Source: Candidatus Multivorans thiocomprendens (GTDB lineage Bacteria; Acidobacteriota; Thermoanaerobaculia; Multivoradales; Multivoraceae). Taken from it: 63,145 nucleotides of DNA. Positions 39,023 through 46,980 of the stretch are shown here, piece after piece. Under the pieces are notes generated by a model. That model made no database searches, was not told where the DNA came from, and worked only from the letters and a program-made list of their open reading frames with translations. A program made the translations under genes and the position numbers. The stretch's first letter is position 1; the number at the start of each line of letters is the position of its first letter. Where the stretch lies: the NCBI GenBank assembly GCA_027493375.1, contig JAPVWO010000243.1, positions 1-63,145 of the forward strand, read 5' to 3'.

Positions 39023-40525
39023 CTACGTCTGCGGCCGAATGTCGAACGCGACGGCTTCGCGATCGTTGCGCACGAGCAGGATCCCCTCGGCGACCGCGGG
39101 GTTGTTCCAGGTGCGGCCCGAGACGGCTGGCAGCGCGGCAACTTCCTGGTGGCTTTCGGGCGTCGCACGCACCAGGACGAGCTGACCCCGTTCCGTGGTG
39201 ATCAACAGGTGGCCTGAGGCGAGCAGAACCTGGCCGTGGCCGTAGCGGCCGCCCTTCCACATGCGGTCGCCGGTTTCGGCGTCGACGCAGGCGAGGATGC
39301 CGTTGTCCAGGCCGTAGACGTGGCCGTCGTGGAACACGGAGGTCGAGAAGGTGTTCTTCATCCGGTTGTTGAACCAGATCTCGCTGACCGACGCGGTGTT
39401 CCCTTCAAGGTCCGCGTCGACTTCGAGCACCGCGGCGCCGTGACCGTAGCCGGACGATACGAAGATGCGGTTCGGCGCCACCTGGAGCGGCTGCGCGGCG
39501 TTGATGCCGTTCATCGTCGCCCAGGGCCTGCTCCAGTAGGTCTCGCTGCCGTCGGTGGCGAGCCCGACAACCTGATCGGCGCCGATCAGGACGATCTGGG
39601 AAATGCCGTCCAGGGTGAAGACCGTTGGCGCGGTGTAGGCGCCCTCGGCGTTGAGCGCCCGCCAGCGAATCGCGCCGGTCTCAAGCTCGTAGGCGATCAC
39701 GGCGCCGTTCGGTCCGCCGGGCGCGGTGAGGACCGCTCCGTCCAGAATCGCCGGTGAGGCCGCCATGCCCCAGGTCAGGTTCGCGGCGCCCGAGTCCTCG
39801 AGGATGTTCGTGCGCCAGATCGAAGCGCCGGTAGCGGCGTCGAGCGCGTGCAGTTCGCCGGTGGCGCCGAGTGCGACCAGGGTGCCCTCGTACAAGGCCG
39901 GGGTCGCGCGGGGGCCGTCGCCGCCCATGCTCTCCTGGAAACGGGCGTCCCAACTTGCGTTCCAGCGTTCCACGCCGGTCAGCAGGTCGTAGGCGGCGAC
40001 GACTTCCTGCTCCCGCCGCTGCTCGATCGTGTAGGCGAGGCCGTCACCGACGACAAAGGACGCGTAGCCGCCGCCGACCGGAATGCGCCAGAGTTCCGGC
40101 GGGCCTTCGTTCGGCCAGGCCGTGTTGATCGGCTGGGGATAGCGGCCGTCCATGTCGACGCCGCGGTAGTAGGGCCAGGAACCCGGTGACGGAGTTGCGG
40201 GGTCCAGGCCGGATTCAGGCGCCTCGGTCTGTTCGGCTTCGAGAACGGCTTCTCCGGGTTCATCGGCCACCGACTCGGGCGGCGCGGGGCTGGCAACTGG
40301 CGCGATATCCGGGCTCTGTTCACGGTGCGTCTCGATCGCCCGGTAGTGGCGGTCCTCGTGGTGAAAATCGAGTTGCGGCATCAAACCGCCCGAGATCTGA
40401 AGGTGCATCCCGGTCGTCAGGTTCAGCACCAGCGCCAGGCCGGCGAGCGCGGCCACGGAGATGCCGGTCCATTTCAGGAAGGAGAGGAAGCGGCTTCGTT
40501 TCCTGGTCTTGGTCATTGCCGGCAT
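39023..40525 (-). CDS. membrane-anchored PQQ-like beta-propeller repeat protein
   Basis: N-terminal TM helix (WTGISVAALAGLALVL). Repeated blades with A-x-D-x-x-TG-x-x-xW (AYDLLTGVERW, ALDAATGASIW, AYELETGAIRW, CVDAETGDRMW). Confidence 0.75.
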   Translation of the reverse strand: MPAMTKTRKRSRFLSFLKWTGISVAALAGLALVLNLTTGMHLQISGGLMPQLDFHHEDRHYRAIETHREQSPDIAPVASPAPPESVADEPGEAVLEAEQTEAPESGLDPATPSPGSWPYYRGVDMDGRYPQPINTAWPNEGPPELWRIPVGGGYASFVVGDGLAYTIEQRREQEVVAAYDLLTGVERWNASWDARFQESMGGDGPRATPALYEGTLVALGATGELHALDAATGASIWRTNILEDSGAANLTWGMAASPAILDGAVLTAPGGPNGAVIAYELETGAIRWRALNAEGAYTAPTVFTLDGISQIVLIGADQVVGLATDGSETYWSRPWATMNGINAAQPLQVAPNRIFVSSGYGHGAAVLEVDADLEGNTASVSEIWFNNRMKNTFSTSVFHDGHVYGLDNGILACVDAETGDRMWKGGRYGHGQVLLASGHLLITTERGQLVLVRATPESHQEVAALPAVSGRTWNNPAVAEGILLVRNDREAVAFDIRPQT

Positions 40526-40572
40526 CCTATTCCCTGACGGTTCGGAGGTCGCTGTTACTCTGCCGTCCCTCT

Positions 40573-41730
40573 GTGAAGGCCCCCACGGTCCATCTCCGCT
40601 TCTTACCCGCGGCCCTGCCGGAAGCGGCCGAGAACCTCCGGTCCGAGGTTCGGGTGCTACTCGAAGAAACGCGCGCCGAGGGCGTCTGGTTAGCGGACGG
40701 ACTCTCCTGGTGGGGCCGCAACCCGGCGCTCAGCCGCGCGCTCGGCGGCGCGGGCTTCATCGGCATGACGTGGCCGCGCCAGTACGGCGGATCGGAGCGG
40801 AGTTACCTGGAGCGCTACGTCGTGACTGAGGAGCTGCTGGCAGCCTGTGCGCCGACCGCGTTTCACTGGTTCGCCGACCGCCAGATCGGCCCAAGCATCC
40901 TCCGCTACGGCACGGAGGAGCAGAAGCAGCGCTTCCTGCCGCCGATCGCCCGCGGCGAGCTCTCGTTCGCGGTCGGCATGAGCGAGCCCGACTCCGGTTC
41001 CGACCTGGCCTCGATCCGCACCCGCGCCGAGCGCGCGGACGGCGGCTGGCGTCTCAACGGCTCGAAGATCTGGACCTCCTACGCGCACGAGGCCGAGTAC
41101 TGCGTCGCCCTGGTGCGCACGGAGCCGAAGTCGGACAAGCGGCACGCCGGCATGAGCCAGGTCATCATCGATCTGAAGAACTCGGACGGGATCACGGTGC
41201 GGCCGATCATCGACCTGCCGGGCCGCCACGACTTCAACGAGGTCTTCTTCGAGGACACCTTCGTGCCGGACGACTGTCTGCTCGGCAATCCTGGCGACGG
41301 TTGGGCGCAGGTGACGTCCGAGCTGGCCTACGAACGGAGCGGTCCGGAGCGCTTCCTGACGAACTTCCATCTGCTGCGCGCGCTGGTCGATGCGCTGGAT
41401 GGGAGCGCGTCGCCGGCGGCGCGGCGCGGGGTGGGGCTGCTCGTCAGCCGGCTCTGGGCTCTCCGCGCCGCTTCGGTCTCGGTTGCCGCGGCCCTCGAGG
41501 CCGGGGAGACGCCGAACGTGGAGTCGGCCCTGGTCAAGGACCTGGGCACCAACTTTCAGCAGGAAGTGCCGGAGATCGTCCGCCGCGTCGTGGCCCATGA
41601 AGGCGTGTCCGACCGGGCGGTTCTCGACATCCTGCACCAGGTGGTCCTGGCCGCGCCCTCGTACACGATCCAGGGCGGCGCGACGGAGATCCTCCGCGGC
41701 ATCGTCGCCCGCGGACTGAGGCTGCGATGA
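40573..41730 (+). CDS. acyl-CoA dehydrogenase (catalytic-type subunit)
   Basis: ORF 40186..41730. I place the start at the in-frame GTG at 40573, which gives ~385 aa, but the start is uncertain and there is no clear SD. Motifs GMSEPDSGSDLAS and C-terminal QGGATEIL with the catalytic-Glu context. Confidence 0.8.
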   Translation: MKAPTVHLRFLPAALPEAAENLRSEVRVLLEETRAEGVWLADGLSWWGRNPALSRALGGAGFIGMTWPRQYGGSERSYLERYVVTEELLAACAPTAFHWFADRQIGPSILRYGTEEQKQRFLPPIARGELSFAVGMSEPDSGSDLASIRTRAERADGGWRLNGSKIWTSYAHEAEYCVALVRTEPKSDKRHAGMSQVIIDLKNSDGITVRPIIDLPGRHDFNEVFFEDTFVPDDCLLGNPGDGWAQVTSELAYERSGPERFLTNFHLLRALVDALDGSASPAARRGVGLLVSRLWALRAASVSVAAALEAGETPNVESALVKDLGTNFQQEVPEIVRRVVAHEGVSDRAVLDILHQVVLAAPSYTIQGGATEILRGIVARGLRLR

Positions 41731-42824
41731 GCGAACCCGGGCGACGCGACGCGCCCCGATCCGCGAACCAGTCCGAGTGCCTGTCGTCGGGCGCTCGGAC
41801 GGCGGTGAGGCAGCTTCTGCTGGACACGGCGGCACGCGTGTTCGAGGCGGCCTCGGAGGACGACGTCTTCGAGGCGGTCGAGGAGGGCCGCTTCCCGGAG
41901 GATCACTGGCGGGCGATCGAGGAGAACGGCCTGGTCGACATGCTCCTGCCCGAAGATGCCGGAGGCGCCGGAGTCGACTTCGGCGACGCGATGGCGGTGG
42001 CGCGGACGGCCGGCGCCTTCGCGCTGCCGTTGCCATTGGTCGAGACGATGATCGGACGATGGCTGCTCTCGGGCGCCGGTCTCGATGCGCCCGCGGGTCC
42101 ATTGGGAATGGTGACCGCCGAGGCCCGACTCGAGGTGGCCTGGCCGGACGACATCTCGGCGCTGGCCGTGTCGGACGCCGCGGACCGCGTCGGCTGGGTC
42201 GCCGCCGGCGAAGTCGAGTCCGAGCGCGGCGCGAACAGTGCCGGTGAACCGGTGGGGCGATTGCGGGAGCCACCGCCGATCCCTCCGGGACAGTCGGGCG
42301 GCCTGAGTTCGGAACCGTCTCCCTCCACCGTGATGGCGGTCGCCCGTAGCGCGATGATCGCCGGCGCCATGGAGCGCATCCTCGATCTGACGATCGAGCA
42401 CGTTCAGGGACGGGTCCAGTTCGGGCGGCCGCTGGCCCGCTTCCAGGCAGTGCAACAGTTGGTGGCGATCATGGCCAGCCATGCGGCTGTGGTGGGCGTC
42501 GCCTCGGATACGGCAGTTCTGGCGGTCGAGTCGACTCACGGGGAGGGGGACAGGAACGCCGCGTTCGTCGTAGCCTGTGCCAAGGCCCGCGCCAGCGAAG
42601 CCTGCTATGAGGTCACCCGTATCGCGCACCAGCTCCACGGCGCGATCGGCTACACCCGCGAGCACGACCTGCACCGCTTCACCCGCCGGCTCTGGGCCTG
42701 GCGCGACGCCGACGGGGACGAGGGCTACTGGCAGCAGCGGGTCGGCGAGATGGCGATTCGCTCCGGTGGGGCCGGCCTGTGGCCGCTGCTCGTCGAGGGG
42801 CGGGGTGCAGCCCTGGAGCGATAG
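41727..42824 (+). CDS. acyl-CoA dehydrogenase-like protein (partner subunit; no GGxxE catalytic motif seen)
   Basis: ATGA overlap with the upstream gene. ACAD C-terminal domain pattern QFGRPLARFQAVQ ... HGAIGYTREHDLHRFTRR. Confidence 0.7.
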   Translation: MSEPGRRDAPRSANQSECLSSGARTAVRQLLLDTAARVFEAASEDDVFEAVEEGRFPEDHWRAIEENGLVDMLLPEDAGGAGVDFGDAMAVARTAGAFALPLPLVETMIGRWLLSGAGLDAPAGPLGMVTAEARLEVAWPDDISALAVSDAADRVGWVAAGEVESERGANSAGEPVGRLREPPPIPPGQSGGLSSEPSPSTVMAVARSAMIAGAMERILDLTIEHVQGRVQFGRPLARFQAVQQLVAIMASHAAVVGVASDTAVLAVESTHGEGDRNAAFVVACAKARASEACYEVTRIAHQLHGAIGYTREHDLHRFTRRLWAWRDADGDEGYWQQRVGEMAIRSGGAGLWPLLVEGRGAALER

Positions 42825-42854
42825 GCTCCGGCTTTCACCGAGCCAGTCGCTTCG

Positions 42855-43268
42855 ATGTCGTTGACCTTCGAGCACGTCCACATCATCTGCGAGGACCCGC
42901 GCGCTTCCGCGCGCTGGTATCGGGACATGCTCGGCGCCACGATCTCGGGCGAGCACGAAGTTCGAGGCGCCCCGCAGATCCGGGTCGAGGTCGGTGGCGT
43001 GCTGGTGCTTCTGCGCGGCAAGCGGCCCGGAGAGGATCCGGCGTCGACCCGGCCGATGCGGGAGTACGAGGGCTACTCCAGCCACGACGAATGGGGCACG
43101 GATCACTTCGGCTTCACCTATGGCGGGGATCTTCTGGCCTACTGTGAGGAGTTGCGAGGCAAGGGCGCGGAGTTCGCAGTCGAGCCCTGGGAGTTCGCGC
43201 CCGGCGTGTTGCTCTGCTACCTCGCGGCGCCCGACAACGTGAGCATCGAACTGGTTCAGGTGAAGTAG
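42855..43268 (+). CDS. VOC (glyoxalase/bleomycin-resistance/dioxygenase) family protein
   Basis: 137 aa. HVHIICED ... DHFGF ... IELVQ metal-ligand pattern. Confidence 0.75.
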   Translation: MSLTFEHVHIICEDPRASARWYRDMLGATISGEHEVRGAPQIRVEVGGVLVLLRGKRPGEDPASTRPMREYEGYSSHDEWGTDHFGFTYGGDLLAYCEELRGKGAEFAVEPWEFAPGVLLCYLAAPDNVSIELVQVK

Positions 43269-43284
43269 ACACGGGGAGAAGAGG

Positions 43285-44130
43285 ATGGACGGGGGGAAAG
43301 GAAACGGGCCGTACGTTGGAAAGCGGCTGAGCAGCGGGACCTTCGTCGTGGACGACGCCGTGCTCGCGGACTACTACGGTGGCCTGGAACTCGAACCGCC
43401 GACTTCGGGCCTGCTGCCGTCCACGATCGCGAGCGGCCCGGATGGCGACTACTTCCGCGAGATCGCGTTCGCCAACCAGACCGGCCATCTCTGGATGCGC
43501 GAGGAGTGGGCGCTTTCGGCGCCGATGGAGGCGGGCGCGGCGTACAGCGTCGGGGGCGACATCTGCGACATCTACGACCGGCGCAACCGCGTCGTCGTCG
43601 ACTACCGGGTCCGACTCAGGGACGGTGACGGCCGGCAGGTCCTGGAGACCCACCATCACCAGAGCTTCCTGCGCGACCAGGAGTACGTTGGCGACGTCGA
43701 CTTGCGCGATCCGCGGAAGAAGCCGGGGGCGCGACGCTTCGACGTGCCGGAGGGTGAACGGTTCGGCGGCCTGAAGCGCACGATCTCACTTGAGATGTGC
43801 GGCCAGTTCTTTCACGGCAACGCGCACTACCACACCGACAAGGAGGCGTCCCGCGAACTCGGCTTCCAGGACGTCGTGGTCGGCGGCCGGATGACGATGG
43901 GCTACGTCGGCCACATTCTCGAAGAGCGTTTCGGCGAGGCATGGTGGCGGAGTGGCTCCTTCGACCTCAAGTTCACGAACCCGGTGTGGCCGGGCGACAC
44001 GATCACCGTCAATGGCGTCGTGACCGGCCCGGACCCGGACGACTCGGAACGCACCGCAGCGTTCGTGTGGATCGCCAAGACGGACGGCACGGTGGCGCTC
44101 ATCGCCCGCGCCGGCGTTGCCGCGGCCTGA
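43285..44130 (+). CDS. MaoC-like (hotdog-fold) dehydratase family protein
   Basis: 281 aa. C-terminal hotdog segment FQDVVVGGRMTMGYVGHILEERFG ... PVWPGDTITVNG. Confidence 0.65.
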   Translation: MDGGKGNGPYVGKRLSSGTFVVDDAVLADYYGGLELEPPTSGLLPSTIASGPDGDYFREIAFANQTGHLWMREEWALSAPMEAGAAYSVGGDICDIYDRRNRVVVDYRVRLRDGDGRQVLETHHHQSFLRDQEYVGDVDLRDPRKKPGARRFDVPEGERFGGLKRTISLEMCGQFFHGNAHYHTDKEASRELGFQDVVVGGRMTMGYVGHILEERFGEAWWRSGSFDLKFTNPVWPGDTITVNGVVTGPDPDDSERTAAFVWIAKTDGTVALIARAGVAAA

Positions 44131-44161
44131 TCTTCGACACGTCTCCCTGGAGGAGCACCAC

Positions 44162-45487
44162 GTGACGCCCCGACTCTTCGCTCTCGCGCTGCTGCTCCTG
44201 GTGGTTGGCGCGGCTCCACTCGCCGCCAACGACACCGGCCGCGACTGCCGTGGCCTGGTCGCTCTGACCGACCTCGATCACGCGGTCGAGCCCGGAATGC
44301 GTGTTGCGGCCTCAGAACGGGCGCCGGCGCACTGCCGCGTGCGCGGCGTCGTCAACCGGGCGATCCGCTTCGAGGTCACGCTGCCCGACGACTGGAACGG
44401 CCGGATGATGTTCAGCACGGTCGGCGGCGCCGCGGGATTCATCGGCGACACGACGAGCCTGCTCGGCCGCGGTTTCGCGATGGCCTCGACGGACACCGGC
44501 CACGAGGGCCAGGACCGCGACTACGTGCGGCAGCCCGAGGCCCTGCTCGACTACGCCTACGTCCTGGCCGGAGCGCCGGCCTTCCGCTTCCAGGAGTTCG
44601 TGCCCTGGATGATCGGAGGCGCCCGCCTGCAGGCGAAGCACGCCCTGACCGCGGAGTCCTTCCAGTTGCTCGGCAAGGCGTCCCGCGAGGCGTGCGACGC
44701 GCTGGACGGAGTCGACGACGGCGTGATCGACGATCCGATGAAGTGCACCCCGGACGTGTTCGATCTGAATGCCCTGCAGTGCCCGCCGGACTCGACGGCG
44801 AACTGCCTCACCGCGGGCCAGCTCCAGACCGCCCGCTACATGTACGGGGACGTCGTCGACGCGGACGGCAACGTCCTTTCGCCGGGAGTGCCGCCCGGCG
44901 CCGAGGGCGCGGGCGACTGGGCCGCCTGGATGCTGCCGACCGCCCGGCGCGGGGCTCCGGACCAGTCGCTGATCGACGGCATGGACGTGCTGCTCGCGGC
45001 CCTGATGCGCTTCGAGCCGGACTTCGACATCGAGACGTTCGACCCGGTCGCCGATCGGGATCTGCTCACGGCCGCCACCGCGCCGCTCGACGTGCTGACG
45101 GCGGACCTCTCGGCGTTCCGGGCCCGCGGCGGCAAGCTGCTGATGTACCAGGGCTGGAACGACTACCCCCTGCGCCCGCAGCGAGCGATCGACTACCTCC
45201 ACGAAGTGGAGAAGGAAAGCGGCGGGGCGGACGAAGCCGGCGAGTTCTTCCGCCTGTTCATGGTGCCCGGCATGATCCATTGCTCCCGCGGCCCCGGCGC
45301 CTGGGTCGCCGACTATGTCGATCCGCTGGTTGCCTGGACCGAGAAGGGCGTCGCGCCCGAGCGGATCGAGGCCAGCCGGCCGGGTCCGGAGCCGGCGTTC
45401 ACGCGGCCGCTTTGCGCGTGGCCGGAGACGGCGAAGTACGGCGGCGAGGGCGACGTGAACGACGCGGTGAATTGGAGCTGCAGGTAG
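44162..45487 (+). CDS. tannase/feruloyl-esterase family protein lacking the nucleophile (GCSxGG) segment
   Basis: GTG at 44162 with GGAGGAG upstream (the ORF track opens at 44117). Family motifs LPDDWNGRMMF, TDTGHEG, VPGMIHCSRGPG and RPLCAWPETAKYGGEGDVNDAVNWSC are present. DYAY (residue ~148 of the ORF) runs directly into VLAGAPAF. No G-x-S-x-G occurs anywhere. Confidence 0.75.
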   Translation: MTPRLFALALLLLVVGAAPLAANDTGRDCRGLVALTDLDHAVEPGMRVAASERAPAHCRVRGVVNRAIRFEVTLPDDWNGRMMFSTVGGAAGFIGDTTSLLGRGFAMASTDTGHEGQDRDYVRQPEALLDYAYVLAGAPAFRFQEFVPWMIGGARLQAKHALTAESFQLLGKASREACDALDGVDDGVIDDPMKCTPDVFDLNALQCPPDSTANCLTAGQLQTARYMYGDVVDADGNVLSPGVPPGAEGAGDWAAWMLPTARRGAPDQSLIDGMDVLLAALMRFEPDFDIETFDPVADRDLLTAATAPLDVLTADLSAFRARGGKLLMYQGWNDYPLRPQRAIDYLHEVEKESGGADEAGEFFRLFMVPGMIHCSRGPGAWVADYVDPLVAWTEKGVAPERIEASRPGPEPAFTRPLCAWPETAKYGGEGDVNDAVNWSCR

Positions 45488-45521
45488 CCGACGTGGGGGC
45501 ACAAGGGGAGAGGAGCTCGAC

Positions 45522-46704
45522 ATGAAGATCCGCCAGTGGACTGCTGTTGCACCCGCGCTCGCGGTCGTCATGGTCGGTTGCGGCCCGGATCCCGAGGCCG
45601 GTGGGGATTCGGCGCCCGCGCAGCCCCCGCCCAACGTCATCGTCGTCCTCGCCGACGACCTCGGCTACGGCGACATCGGCGCCAACGGATCGACAGTGGC
45701 ACCTGGGCTTCCGCGAGCAGTACCACCCGCTGAAGCGGGGTTTCGACGAGTTCTTCGGCCATCTGGGAGGCGGCACGAGCTACCTCGACCCCAACGACCC
45801 GGACGGCCATAGCTGGCCGCGGAGGCAGCCGGTTACGACCGAACCGAACGCGATACGGCCGGCGCCGGTCGTCGGCGACCGAGGCGACGGGCCGCGCGCG
45901 ATCCTGGACGGCTACGAGGTCGTGGAAGTCGACGAGTACCTGACCGACGTGTTCGCGGACCGCGCCGTCTCCTTCATCGAGCGCCACGCAGTCTCGTCCG
46001 TCGACGACATGGTTGGCCGCGTCACCGCGACGCTCCGCGAGCATGGGCTCGAAGAGAACACGCTCGTCGTGTTCATCTCCGACAACGGCTGCATCAACTA
46101 CATGCCGGCCGTCATCTGCACGAACTCACCACTTTCCGGCGGCAAGCGCTATCACCTGGACGGCGGCATCCGGGTGCCGTACCTCGTCAAGTGGCCGGCG
46201 GGTCTGCCCCGGGGCGAGGTCTACAGCCAGCCTGCGAGCGTCCTCGACCTGTACGCGACGATGGCCGCGGCGGCCGGGTCGGACGCGGGTACCGAGGACA
46301 GTGTCAACCTCCTGCCGTACCTGCGTGGCGAGGTCGAAGGGGCGCCGCACGAGTACCTCTTCTGGCGGTCCCTGCCCAACGCGGCCGTCCGCTCGGGCAA
46401 GTGGAAGCTCTGGCGGGTCGACCTGACCGACCAGGATCCGGCCTCCGTGCTCAGCCGCGGCGGCCGTTTGCTGCCCGAAGAGGACTACCCGGCGGTGTCG
46501 GTCCACGGCCAGATCACCGTGCTGCACGACCTCGAGGCGGACGTCGGCGAGCGGGTGAACGTGGCCGACCAGCACCCGGAGGTCGTTGAACGCCTCGGAG
46601 CGGCGCTGGCGGCCTGGGAAGCGGAACTTGCCGAGCCGATGTGGATCAGCAAGCGGTCGACGCTCGCCGAACTGCACGGCCAGGCGATCCAGCTCTACTT
46701 CTGA
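45522..46704 (+). pseudogene. arylsulfatase-family gene disrupted by a frameshifting deletion and a second in-frame deletion
   Basis: Frame 1 (45522..) encodes lipoprotein signal VMVGC plus PNVIVVLADDLGYGDIGANGST. Homology resumes in another frame at WHLGF (45697) and continues with KRGFDEFFG and NTLVVFISDNG. The C/S-x-P-x-R formylglycine motif region is missing. FIERHA joins directly to VDDMVGRV (~45985-46000). Confidence 0.75.
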
Positions 46705-46980
46705 GTCTGCGTGGCGTCATCCGGCCTAGGCCAACCACGCCTGCTGCCGAAAGGAGCTGACGCGGGCAACGTGGCGGAGCGGCCGACCGCGGGCGTACCG
46801 GGGGCGGTACCGTCGGATCGGCTTCTCCGGTTCGTCCGTCGGTTCGGATCCGGTCAGATTTCGGCCCAGGTCGGGTCAAGCTATCGGTTGCGGCCCGCCA
46901 ATAGTCTGTCACCTGCACACACGAGAGATCCCGAGAGAACCACGGAGGTTGAAGGTCAATCACGAAATGGGAGGTTACCG

